A stretch of 36,966 nucleotides of DNA, taken from contig CAZQDS010000002.1 in NCBI GenBank assembly GCA_964591655.1, forward strand, positions 1 through 36,966, written 5' to 3'. This stretch comes from an uncultured Methanosarcinales archaeon. Its GTDB lineage: Archaea; Nanobdellota; Nanobdellia; Woesearchaeales; UBA9642. The stretch's first letter is position 1; every line of letters begins with the position of its first letter. The position numbers were made by a program, and so were the translations under genes. Under the pieces are notes generated by a model. It made no database searches, was not told the origin of the DNA, and worked only from the letters and a program-made list of their open reading frames with translations. Shown here one piece after another: positions 16,042 through 24,505 of this stretch.

Positions 16042-16836
16042 ATGAAGAGGTGGAATATACTTGCGCTTATAGTGTTAATATTATCTGTATTAATGTCCTC
16101 TTCTGTCTTTTCATTCGGTGTCGCAACGCCTTTCTTTCCTAATGATACGATACTCCTTGAGCCGGGACAGGTTTTTGAATACACCATAAAAGTCCAGAAT
16201 AACGATGATGCATCATTTGATATAAACTTGACATATGAATCTTCTGGTGATGTGGCATATCTTAATGCCACCGATTTCTTCATCCAGAAAAAAAGTTATG
16301 ATAACCCATTCACTTTCATAATAAAGGCTCCAGACGTGTCCGAAATCGGCAAAATATATACTCTAAGTTATGCAGTCAGGCCATTACTGAATAATTCTGG
16401 TCAGATCCCTATGGGTGTAGAGATAAGGAGGTCTGTAAATTTTATGATCGTTTCTGAAGGAGGCCAAGGCCATTTCATCGTGACACCGACATTTAAGGAC
16501 AGGTTTTTGACTGCCGCATTGACTGTAATCAATCGTACGTACCTATATGTGATTGCATTGCTTGTGTTTTCAGCAATAGTATATATAGGATTCAGGTTAT
16601 GGGGCGTATCACGTCAGATAAGCGATAAGGCAAATAATAGGGCGCCTTATACCATATCCGAAGCCAAATCAACACATGACATCCGTATGTTGATAGAGAT
16701 GATGCCTGAAGACCAATTCAATAACGAATTCATAAGGAAAAAATATTCAGAAAGATTCAAAAAGCTGAATGAAGACTTTTTAAGCAGGAAAGTCTTGACC
16801 ACAAACAAAAAAGAGATGTTAAAGATATTGAAATAA
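16042..16836 (+). CDS. Type-I membrane protein: signal peptide, CARDB/NEW3-like beta-sandwich ectodomain, C-terminal TM and a short cytoplasmic tail
   Basis: Signal peptide is NILALIVLILSVLMSSSVFS. The ectodomain has LLEPGQVFEYTIKVQNNDDASFDINL...IGKIYTLSYAV. The TM segment is YLYVIALLVFSAIVYIGFRLW. Confidence 0.75.
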   Translation: MKRWNILALIVLILSVLMSSSVFSFGVATPFFPNDTILLEPGQVFEYTIKVQNNDDASFDINLTYESSGDVAYLNATDFFIQKKSYDNPFTFIIKAPDVSEIGKIYTLSYAVRPLLNNSGQIPMGVEIRRSVNFMIVSEGGQGHFIVTPTFKDRFLTAALTVINRTYLYVIALLVFSAIVYIGFRLWGVSRQISDKANNRAPYTISEAKSTHDIRMLIEMMPEDQFNNEFIRKKYSERFKKLNEDFLSRKVLTTNKKEMLKILK

Positions 16837-16837
16837 G

Positions 16838-18313
16838 ATGAATGCCTCTATATTTAAAATGGAAATTGCGATTCTTTTTATGATATCACTATTTATTATT
16901 CCAGCGGCATATGCAGGAGTATTCAATGTAGGCGTATCTGTGACAGGTTCATGCATCCCTCAATGGCAATGTACGGCATTCACTAGGACGAGTTGCGGCA
17001 CACGTGAATGTATAGATGTGAATATCTGCGGAGCCAATACAGGCAAGCCCGCTGAGTATGTTGCTTGCGATAGGAGAAGCAGTTCTGATGGTTCAGAGCA
17101 AACCAATGAGAGTTATTCATTCAGCCTCTCGAGTGATCTGTTGAAAGAGGATATGAGCGCAGATTCATTCGTTTCAAGAAGGATCAAGATATACTCCGAT
17201 TCAGATAATGAACTTTCATATGATATCTCTGTGGAGGGCAATGATGAAGAATTCATCAGGATGGTTTCAGTATCAAAAAATGAATTGGTTGAGGATTTAG
17301 AGTTTGATTTGTTGATAAACACTTCAGGATCCGCTGAAGGCGTATATGTCGGGAAAGTCGTCGTAGATAATGGAAAATATTCCAAAAGCATAAGTGTAAT
17401 AATAAAGATATTGTCTGATGGTCCGGAATTCAGTGTATCATTCAATGAGATGAACACAATAATAAATGCCTCTACAATCCTGATTCCAGTTATAGCGTTG
17501 AACGACACAGATGAATTTGTGAATATCACATATTCCTTCGTATCTGACACCGGCGAGGAATTATTCACGTTCTCCTCCCTTAACACTCAAGGATCATCCA
17601 TCAACATGCCGATGCCTTCCGGATTGCAGAAAGGATATTATACTCTGAAAGTGTCTGTCCAATCAGGGGATTCAGTGAATACCAAATATTCGACTTTTTA
17701 TGCCGATCCAGAGAATACGTTGATACCATATGTCGAGGAAACAAAAGGTATAGAAAATTTTAACATAAGGCATCTGCTCGCATATTTAGGTTTAATTGTT
17801 ATATTGGTCCTGATAATATTATTATCTATAAAGTATTATCCTTCTGTAAAAGAAAAATTATTATTGAAGGATAAATCATCAAGTAATCCTTCAGAAAAAT
17901 CTTTAGATTCAGTCAAAAAATCTTATGAGCAAGGGTTTATCAGCAAGCAAGAGATGGATTCCTATAATGGCATCAATACTGAGTCAATTAATGCTGATGA
18001 GCTGATTAAAGTTTCTGTGGTTAAAGAAAACATAGAAAAACCCATCATATACAAAAGGGTTGAAGAATCTAGGGTGCCGGAAGTAAATTGTCCTCCAGGA
18101 AAAGAGTTCATCCTTCATGACGGATCAAAAATATATTCCATAAAAGATCTTTTCGATAGACTGCAATCAATGGATGAGAATGTATTCTATCATCATGTGA
18201 CTCCTGAAAGGAATGATTTCGCAAATTGGATAAGAGATGTGTTTAAGGAAGAGGGGCTGGCGTCAAGAGTATCTGCTTGCAAGACAAAAAAAGAGATGGG
18301 AGATCTTAGATAG
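16838..18313 (+). CDS. Type-I membrane protein: signal peptide, Cys-rich CxxxWxC module, two beta-sandwich modules, TM, and a cytoplasmic tail with a conserved-looking C-terminal motif
   Basis: The start lies 1 nt after the upstream stop. Cys-rich module is CIPQWQCTAFTRTSCGTRECIDVNICG. TM segment is LLAYLGLIVILVLIILLSI. The tail has FILHDGSKIYSIKDLFDRLQSMDENVFYHHVTPERNDFANWIRDVF. Confidence 0.8.
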   Translation: MNASIFKMEIAILFMISLFIIPAAYAGVFNVGVSVTGSCIPQWQCTAFTRTSCGTRECIDVNICGANTGKPAEYVACDRRSSSDGSEQTNESYSFSLSSDLLKEDMSADSFVSRRIKIYSDSDNELSYDISVEGNDEEFIRMVSVSKNELVEDLEFDLLINTSGSAEGVYVGKVVVDNGKYSKSISVIIKILSDGPEFSVSFNEMNTIINASTILIPVIALNDTDEFVNITYSFVSDTGEELFTFSSLNTQGSSINMPMPSGLQKGYYTLKVSVQSGDSVNTKYSTFYADPENTLIPYVEETKGIENFNIRHLLAYLGLIVILVLIILLSIKYYPSVKEKLLLKDKSSSNPSEKSLDSVKKSYEQGFISKQEMDSYNGINTESINADELIKVSVVKENIEKPIIYKRVEESRVPEVNCPPGKEFILHDGSKIYSIKDLFDRLQSMDENVFYHHVTPERNDFANWIRDVFKEEGLASRVSACKTKKEMGDLR

Positions 18314-18327
18314 GTATTTTCGGGCAG

Positions 18328-18357
18328 ATATCATGCTATGATCTGTATGCATGATAT
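18328..18357 (+). other. Intergenic hairpin (9-bp stem, 12-nt loop) between the 491-aa and 376-aa genes
   Basis: atatcatgc (18328-18336) pairs with gcatgatat (18349-18357). ttt follows the stem. Confidence 0.35.
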
Positions 18358-18396
18358 TTCCATAAACTATTAAAAATGCATTGCTTTATTGCATTT

Positions 18397-19506
18397 ATGG
18401 GTAAAAAGAGAGGGGGATGGCTATTAATCATATTTTTGTATTTCTTGTCATCGACATCAGTAGTTCTTGCTCAGGAAACATATGATATAACGATTTCTGT
18501 GAATGCCATAAATATTGATGGATATAATTCTAGATATTTCATATATGATTTCAATGCACAAAATATGACAGAAGGGAACCAGGTTGTGGGTAAAAATAAT
18601 ATCCTGAAATTCTCCTTATATCAAGGATTCTATGAACTGTCAATAGGCATAGACAATCCTGCAACTCCTGGATTTGATTATTATGGGAAGATAAGCATCA
18701 ATGCCGATACAAATAAGAGCGCAGAATTAGATGCTGTCCCTGTCGGTTCTAGAAAAATTGAAATTCTTGATATGGATGATGTGCCATTGAATGACATCCC
18801 AGTAAGGATAGACTGTGTCGCTTTATCTGGAGAGCAGAGATATTTCAGGACTGATAATTTTGGCATAGCAGAGGCTTATTTCCTTCCTATGGGTAACTGC
18901 ACATTCAGGGCCGCTGCAGGAGATTTCGTGATAAGTCAGGATGACTATATAGATAAGGGATCTGCAAAAAATATTGTTATGAAGTTCGATAAATATTCTG
19001 CAAGCAATCCTAACACCATCTGGGTAATAATCATCGTCATTGTCATACTTGTCTTGTCAACATGGTATTTTATCTTTTATAAAAAAAATGTGAAGAAAAA
19101 CAATGCAAACGTTGCAGGGCCTCATGACAAAAAACATGCACATGCTGCAGCTAAAAAAAATAGTCTAAACGATGTAAATGATGATGTGGTTAATGATGAT
19201 ACAAATAATGATGCCTCAAATGTCGTTTCTAAGGACAGCATAAAGAAAGATATAATGACTGCATTAAGCGCGAATGAGCGGAAGGTTGTCAATTACCTTT
19301 TGGATGAGCAGGAAAAACATGCTGCTACGAATGGTAGATTTGAAGGGTTTTATCTTCATCAGGCAAAGATTGTTTATGGTGCAGGCATACCTAAAACGAC
19401 GCTTGTTAGATTGCTTCAGAGCCTTGAGGCAAAGAAAATAATCGAGTGGGAAAAGTCAGGAAAGATAAAGAAAGTCAAATTGACGGAATGGTTCAATTCA
19501 AAATAG
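18397..19506 (+). CDS. Membrane-tethered winged-HTH protein: signal peptide, carboxypeptidase-regulatory/PEGA-like ectodomain, TM, Asn/Asp-rich linker, and a cytoplasmic MarR-like wHTH
   Basis: The MGKKRGGWLLIIFLYFLSSTSVVLAQ start at 18397 is preferred to the track start at 18376. The ectodomain has IEILDMDDVPLNDIPVRIDC...YFRTDNFGIAEAYFLPMGNCTFRA. TM segment is IWVIIIVIVILVLSTWYFIFY. The C-terminus is LSANERKVVNYLLDEQ...YLHQAKIVYGAGIPKTTLVRLLQSLEAKKIIEWEKSGKIKKVKLT. Confidence 0.8.
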   Translation: MGKKRGGWLLIIFLYFLSSTSVVLAQETYDITISVNAINIDGYNSRYFIYDFNAQNMTEGNQVVGKNNILKFSLYQGFYELSIGIDNPATPGFDYYGKISINADTNKSAELDAVPVGSRKIEILDMDDVPLNDIPVRIDCVALSGEQRYFRTDNFGIAEAYFLPMGNCTFRAAAGDFVISQDDYIDKGSAKNIVMKFDKYSASNPNTIWVIIIVIVILVLSTWYFIFYKKNVKKNNANVAGPHDKKHAHAAAKKNSLNDVNDDVVNDDTNNDASNVVSKDSIKKDIMTALSANERKVVNYLLDEQEKHAATNGRFEGFYLHQAKIVYGAGIPKTTLVRLLQSLEAKKIIEWEKSGKIKKVKLTEWFNSK

Positions 19507-19659
19507 GATTTGGACCAATATTCTGCCTTTAAATTCTAAAAAAAGCCATTTGGTCCGTTTTTTGTGTTTGAAGGACCTCTCAAATATTATATATTGGACT
19601 CACTTTACTAGTCATATGGTTGCGCGATAAATTATATATCATGCATCCGGGGGATTAAA

Positions 19660-21231
19660 ATGAAAAAGACAAATATGATGACAGGTTTGTTTGCGGTTGT
19701 CATGACATTACTGATGCTTTCAGGCAGTGTTGCAGGATTGACATCTGATAGTGCATTGACAGTACAGGCAGATCTTGGAGAGAATGTGAAATTGCAGATT
19801 GGCCAGACATTGAAGGTAGATGGTCTAAATATATATCTAGACTCCATATCTTCATCCGTTGTGGACAGCGCTGCATCAATAGTAGATATATATGATACTG
19901 CGGCATTAGTGTTGACTCTTGATTATTCAGACACTGCGCCTGCTGTGAAATATAATGTGAAGGTCGGTGAACCGATAACGTACAAGGGATATCTTGTAGA
20001 AGTGACAGATATAACTTCAAAAACAATAGGGATAAGGGTATCAAAAAATTCGGCGGTAGCGATAGCTGACAATGCTGTAGGATTCAATGAATTGTTCAAG
20101 ATACAGGTTGGAGAAGAATATATGATTGGCGGAATGCTTAAGATGAATCTGAATTATGTTCTGCCTCCAGGTGCGCTTGGCGGTCCTGGACAGGGGCTTG
20201 CTGAAATAAGCGTTACACCAATCGGAACAGCAGCAGATGTTGCTCCGACAAAGATGAGGTTCGATTCCATACCTGAAACTAAGAGATTCGGCGAGTATTC
20301 AATCACCCTTACAGATAGGGGAGAAGGCGTTGCAGCATTCAAGGTTGTTTGGAACTCTGCGGATTCTGAAGGCGTACCGACACAAACTGTCGTATTCGGG
20401 GAGAAATTCAAGGGTAGTGTAGGATCGACATTTAGAGTGGGATCGACATTTGATGTGAAGATAACGAATATAAACAATGATCCATACACAGATGTCATCC
20501 CGAGCGCTTCAGTAAATGTGAGATACATAAAGCCCGTAGTATCTTCTGGCGCTGTGCTTATGACAGATTATGTTTTGGTTGTTGATGAAGGCAAAAAATT
20601 ACCATATAACCACGAGATAAGATTGCTTGAATTGGATGGGAATACTGCAGTATTTGTCATCGACGTCAAGAGGCCTGTCGTTTCATCAGGAACAGACTCC
20701 GGGATAAGCATCACCTCATCTGATTCGGTAGTCAAAGCCACGCAACTGAGAGTAGAGCCCGGAGCAAAGAATGCTGATGTCAGGTCTTCATCCGGTGTAG
20801 TTAAGGTCGAGTCAGGCATTCTCCAAGACGGCATAGACATAACTGTAGGTTCAGGGAATACTGTGAGAGTAAGGACCGACTCAGACAAATTAGAGACATA
20901 CTTGACCGATGGAGAGGTCACGGCAAAGACAAGGACGACATTGAAGAGCAATGCTGAAGGGATGTTTGTGGAGACCGATTCAGTAGATATCAAATTGAAG
21001 ATCCTTCCAGCTACAGCTTCTGATAGGGCAAAAGAAGTTATCGGTGCAAACTTCGGCAACTTAAGTCTTGAGGAACTAGATGGAAAGATCGTGTATAAAG
21101 GAAGTTCGGAAAAGGAATTCCTTGTACTAGGCTTCATTCCTGTAAACGGACATGTCGAGGCGAGCATTGATGCAGAAACAGGCGCAGTCTTTGATGTAAA
21201 GAAGCCATGGTATGCATTCATGAGCGGGTAA
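19660..21231 (+). CDS. Secreted protein with repeated small beta modules and a PepSY-like C-terminus; candidate abundant surface (S-layer-type) protein
   Basis: Signal peptide is MMTGLFAVVMTLLMLSGSVAG. A recurring pattern is seen in YKGYLVEVTDITSKTIGIRV, FGEYSITLTDRGEGVAAFKV and YNHEIRLLELDGNTAVFVIDV. The C-terminus is ASDRAKEVIG...LEELDGKIVYKG...VEASIDAETGAVFDV. A TATA-like aaattatatat and GGGGGA lie close to the ATG. Confidence 0.8.
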   Translation: MKKTNMMTGLFAVVMTLLMLSGSVAGLTSDSALTVQADLGENVKLQIGQTLKVDGLNIYLDSISSSVVDSAASIVDIYDTAALVLTLDYSDTAPAVKYNVKVGEPITYKGYLVEVTDITSKTIGIRVSKNSAVAIADNAVGFNELFKIQVGEEYMIGGMLKMNLNYVLPPGALGGPGQGLAEISVTPIGTAADVAPTKMRFDSIPETKRFGEYSITLTDRGEGVAAFKVVWNSADSEGVPTQTVVFGEKFKGSVGSTFRVGSTFDVKITNINNDPYTDVIPSASVNVRYIKPVVSSGAVLMTDYVLVVDEGKKLPYNHEIRLLELDGNTAVFVIDVKRPVVSSGTDSGISITSSDSVVKATQLRVEPGAKNADVRSSSGVVKVESGILQDGIDITVGSGNTVRVRTDSDKLETYLTDGEVTAKTRTTLKSNAEGMFVETDSVDIKLKILPATASDRAKEVIGANFGNLSLEELDGKIVYKGSSEKEFLVLGFIPVNGHVEASIDAETGAVFDVKKPWYAFMSG

Positions 21232-21241
21232 GACTAAATAA

Positions 21242-21261
21242 TTTTTTTATACTTTTTTTTT
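21242..21261 (+). terminator. Two oligo-T tracts (7 T and 9 T) after the 19660..21231 gene
   Basis: aTTTTTTTatacTTTTTTTTT begins 11 nt after the stop codon. Confidence 0.45.
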
Positions 21262-22035
21262 CTATTTCTTCGCTATATTCTTTTTTTCAATAGGCATCGC
21301 CTTTTTCCATAGTTTATTGAAAGTCGATATAAGAGATTCAAGCAATGCTTCGTTTCTGCTTTGTATCATAATCCTTTCCTCTTTGATTCTATAATCATGC
21401 ACTCCAACTATAAATTCTTCCCTGTCCTTTATGAGCAGAGAAAGATTATGTAAATTTGGAGATATCCGAACTTCTCCTCCATTTTCCACGCAGGATCTAA
21501 CCATGAAAATGTTCTTTTCCGTTATTCCGGATATTATTATCTTTATACCTATATTTCTCTTTAATGCGTTTTTTAGTGTCATCGCACTTTGAGGCGATCC
21601 CTGGAACGTAGGAGCGCATTGAAGTAGTTCTTTTTTCGCTTCATTTCTTATTGTTGCGACAGCATTCAAATGCTCTTGTCTTCCTGATAGAATACTTACC
21701 GAATCCAATTTTGGCAAAATATCTTTTTGAGTGGGAAAGGTTATGTCTGAAACTTGGTTTTTCATATTTTGAATATTTGCTTCTTTATTCTCAAGGTAGG
21801 TTTTTAATGAGTTCTTGATGTCTTTTATAATGAATTTTTTTGGTTTTGTAGGGATTATATCTACGATTCCTTTGCTATGAAGTTCTTGAAGAACAGAATA
21901 TATTCTTCCCTGCGGTATCTTGGAATGCTTGTATATATCTATAGCAGTAGTACCATTGACTCCTGATAAGTATTTGATTGCTTCTTTTTCGTAGCTGGTG
22001 AAACCAAGTTCTTCTAGGAATTGAAAAATATCCAT
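21262..22035 (-). CDS. TrmB-family transcriptional regulator (N-terminal wHTH plus C-terminal effector-like domain)
   Basis: LEELGFTSYEKEAIKYLSGVNGTTAIDIYKHSKIPQGRIYSVLQELHSKGIVD matches the TrmB N-terminal signature (LGLs.yEa.vY..L...g..ta.ei...s.ip..kvY.vl..L..kG.v). Confidence 0.85.
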   Translation of the reverse strand: MDIFQFLEELGFTSYEKEAIKYLSGVNGTTAIDIYKHSKIPQGRIYSVLQELHSKGIVDIIPTKPKKFIIKDIKNSLKTYLENKEANIQNMKNQVSDITFPTQKDILPKLDSVSILSGRQEHLNAVATIRNEAKKELLQCAPTFQGSPQSAMTLKNALKRNIGIKIIISGITEKNIFMVRSCVENGGEVRISPNLHNLSLLIKDREEFIVGVHDYRIKEERIMIQSRNEALLESLISTFNKLWKKAMPIEKKNIAKK

Positions 22036-22104
22036 AACAACTATTAAAAGTTGTTCTATATATTTATAAGTTTCTATTTATTGTACTTATTAAGAAGTGA
22101 TAAA

Positions 22105-22686
22105 ATGATAATTTATACGCATGGAAGATTCAGTCCGTTCCATATGGGACATTTTGGATTAATAAAATCATTGTATGAAGAATATGTTAAAGGCTCAGAT
22201 AATCAGCTTTGGATCGGTATATCAAATCCCTTAAGAATACAAATTGATGCAGAAAAAGTTATGAATGCTGTAAATAATGAAGGGTATAATTCCCTTATAT
22301 CAAGCATCCGGGAAGCAAGAGATATAATTAATAATTTGTACGCATTCTCTGAAAGATATTCAATGATTCATGATTCCCTAAAAATGGAAGGTTTTGATAT
22401 GGGATATATAAAGATACTGCCACATTTCTCGTTTTATGACAATGATGCTTGGGGGGATTTTATGCCCCCGAAGGAAAATTCCTTGATTTGCCTGTCACCG
22501 AAAGATTCTCATCACTATACCAAAATAAAATACTATAGAAATAACGGCTGGAACGTTAAAGAATATTCACAGATACCTGGGGTATCTGGAAAAATTTTCG
22601 ATAATAATTGGCCAAACGGTGATTGGAGAGAATTAGTTCCTAAGGGTACAAGAATGTTTCTTGAGAATTATATAAAAAATATTTGA
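22105..22686 (+). CDS. Cytidylyltransferase-fold nucleotidyltransferase, archaeal NMN-adenylyltransferase-like
   Basis: IIYTHGRFSPFHMGHFGLIKS carries the GRFxPxHxGH (HxGH) motif. The C-terminal IPGVSGKIF resembles the ISGT motif. ATG at 22105 is preferred to the upstream track start at 22051. Confidence 0.7.
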   Translation: MIIYTHGRFSPFHMGHFGLIKSLYEEYVKGSDNQLWIGISNPLRIQIDAEKVMNAVNNEGYNSLISSIREARDIINNLYAFSERYSMIHDSLKMEGFDMGYIKILPHFSFYDNDAWGDFMPPKENSLICLSPKDSHHYTKIKYYRNNGWNVKEYSQIPGVSGKIFDNNWPNGDWRELVPKGTRMFLENYIKNI

Positions 22687-22756
22687 TTTTCTATTACTTC
22701 CTTTTTTTATGATTTCTTCTTCCATAACCACAGAAATCTGTAGATTTGTTAGTTAC

Positions 22757-22771
22757 GAAGATTAAATCTTC
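22757..22771. promoter_or_regulatory. Palindrome GAAGAT-TAA-ATCTTC immediately upstream of the TATA box of the ArsR/suf operon
   Basis: Perfect 6-bp arms at 22757-22762 and 22766-22771. Confidence 0.4.
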
Positions 22772-22777
22772 ATAACC

Positions 22778-22785
22778 TTTATAAA
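22778..22785 (+). promoter_or_regulatory. TATA box (TTTATAAA) for the ArsR-suf operon. Its spacing implies a leaderless or near-leaderless transcript
   Basis: tttataaa lies 23-30 nt upstream of ATG 22808. Confidence 0.5.
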
Positions 22786-22791
22786 CTTCAC

Positions 22792-22807
22792 ATGAATTCT
22801 AATTCAT
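22792..22807. promoter_or_regulatory. Palindrome ATGAATT-CT-AATTCAT abutting the ArsR start codon; candidate ArsR/SmtB-type autoregulatory operator
   Basis: Perfect 7-bp arms at 22792-22798 and 22801-22807. The TGAA..TTCA core resembles ArsR/SmtB operators. It sits at the predicted transcription start. Confidence 0.5.
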
Positions 22808-23104
22808 ATGTTTTGCAAATCATATAATGACTTTTTTCAGACGCTAGCAAATCCTACTAATCAGTCTGTAATACAAGAACTTCTAAAGAAACCGATGAAT
22901 GTCACAGAATTAGTTGAGAAGACAAAATTAGAGCAAAGCAAGATAAGCCATTCACTAAAAAGGTTATATGAATGCAAAGTAGTCGATGTGAAAAGGGAGG
23001 GCAAGCAGAGGATATACTCTCTTAACAAGGAGACGATAATGCCGATACTACAGATAGTTGATAAGCATGCAAAAGAGATGTGTCCACAATGTTTGAAGGT
23101 GTAA
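22808..23104 (+). CDS. ArsR/SmtB-family wHTH transcriptional regulator, first gene of the suf operon
   Basis: LANPTNQSVIQELLKKPMNVTELVEKTKLEQSKISHSLKRLYECKVVDVKREGKQRIYSLN. A C-terminal CPQC is present. The stop abuts the sufB ATG. Confidence 0.85.
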   Translation: MFCKSYNDFFQTLANPTNQSVIQELLKKPMNVTELVEKTKLEQSKISHSLKRLYECKVVDVKREGKQRIYSLNKETIMPILQIVDKHAKEMCPQCLKV

Positions 23105-24496
23105 ATGAACGTTAACATAACCCGTGAATTGTATGATCATTATGATGATGTCAAGGATAGATATAAGGCTCCTGAAGGATTGGATGAGGAGACAGTAAGG
23201 AACATATCAAAATACAAGAATGAGCCTGAATGGATGTTAGACAAGAGATTGCACGCATTGAAGACATTCAATGAATTGAAGATGCCTGATTGGGGCCCCA
23301 GTCTTGAAAAACTTGATCTGAACAAGATAACATACTTCGTCATCCCTGATGCTGAGGCGAATGCAGATAATTGGGATAAAGTGCCAGAAAACATAAAGAA
23401 GACATTTGAGAAACTCGGCATCCCAGAAGCAGAAAGGAAAGCACTCGCCGGTGTTGGCGCACAATACGACAGTCAAGTAGTCTATCATAACATCAGAGAT
23501 GATCTGAAGAAGAAAGGTGTCATCTTTGAAGACATGGACGTTGCAGTACAGAAATATCCTGAATTGGTGCAGAAATATTTCATGAAGAATGTAAAGTCAA
23601 GCCTTCATAAGTTTGCAGCATTGCATGGCGCAGTATGGAGCGGCGGGACATTCATTTACGTCCCAAAAAACACTAAAGTAGACATGCCTTTACAAGCGTA
23701 TTTCAGGATGAACACAAAGAAAGGAGGGCAGTTCGAGCATACTCTCATAATCATAGATGAAGGGGCGCAATGCCATTACATTGAAGGATGCAGTGCACCA
23801 TTATATAATGCGAGCTCAATACATGCTGGATGCGTAGAAGTTTATGTACATAAGGATGCGAGGATGCGTTATTCCTCTGTAGAGAATTGGTCGAGGAATA
23901 CGTTCAACCTCAATACGAAGAGAGCAATTGTTGAAGAGAATGCTATAATGGAATGGGTCGGGGGGAATCTCGGAAGCGGAACGACAATGCTTTATCCGAC
24001 TTCGCTCCTGACAGGAAGGAATGCGAGAGCCGACCATATCAGCATAGCGTATGCAGGCCATGAGCAGAATCAGGATACTGGTGCGAAAGTCTATCATCTC
24101 GCAGAAAACACTAGCTCGACAATAAAGAGCAAGAGCATAAGCAAGGATGGCGGGATAACTGCATATAGGGGACTCATCAAGATAGCCAAAGGTGCAGCAG
24201 GGAGCAAATGCTCAGTATCTTGCGATGCATTGATGTTCGACAATAGATCGCAGAGCAATACTTATCCATCGATCGATGTTGAAGAGCAGGATTCAGATGT
24301 CGTCCATGAAGCGACTGTCGGGAAGATATCTGAAGAGCAGATATTCTACTTGCAGAGCAGAGGATTGAGTGCAGAGGAAGCTGTCAGGATGATCGTTTCA
24401 GGATTCATAGAGCCATTAGTCAAAGAATTACCATTAGAATACGCTGTAGAGATGAACAGGCTGATAGAATTAGAGATGGAAGGAAGCCTGGGTTGA
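23105..24496 (+). CDS. sufB: Fe-S cluster assembly scaffold SufB
   Basis: FEHTLIIIDEGAQCHYIEGCSAP, ENWSRNTFNLNTKRA, HEATVGKISEEQIFYLQSRGLSAEEA. Confidence 0.95.
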   Translation: MNVNITRELYDHYDDVKDRYKAPEGLDEETVRNISKYKNEPEWMLDKRLHALKTFNELKMPDWGPSLEKLDLNKITYFVIPDAEANADNWDKVPENIKKTFEKLGIPEAERKALAGVGAQYDSQVVYHNIRDDLKKKGVIFEDMDVAVQKYPELVQKYFMKNVKSSLHKFAALHGAVWSGGTFIYVPKNTKVDMPLQAYFRMNTKKGGQFEHTLIIIDEGAQCHYIEGCSAPLYNASSIHAGCVEVYVHKDARMRYSSVENWSRNTFNLNTKRAIVEENAIMEWVGGNLGSGTTMLYPTSLLTGRNARADHISIAYAGHEQNQDTGAKVYHLAENTSSTIKSKSISKDGGITAYRGLIKIAKGAAGSKCSVSCDALMFDNRSQSNTYPSIDVEEQDSDVVHEATVGKISEEQIFYLQSRGLSAEEAVRMIVSGFIEPLVKELPLEYAVEMNRLIELEMEGSLG

Positions 24497-24505
24497 GGAA
24501 GTGAC

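Noticed and set aside
19512-19563. The inverted repeat GGACCA...TGGTCC followed by a T-run after the 376-aa gene, read as a structured terminator.
   Set aside because: The stem is only 6 bp with a ~33-nt loop. The oligo-T tract alone is the more credible termination signal.
20568-21221. Long antisense ORFs inside confident genes (20568..21221, 7500..8003, 28140..28553, 27115..27603, 32821..33267, 17113..17586).
   Set aside because: Each lies fully within a gene with strong family motifs on the other strand. Their products are low-complexity, Ser/Leu/Phe-rich shadow sequences.
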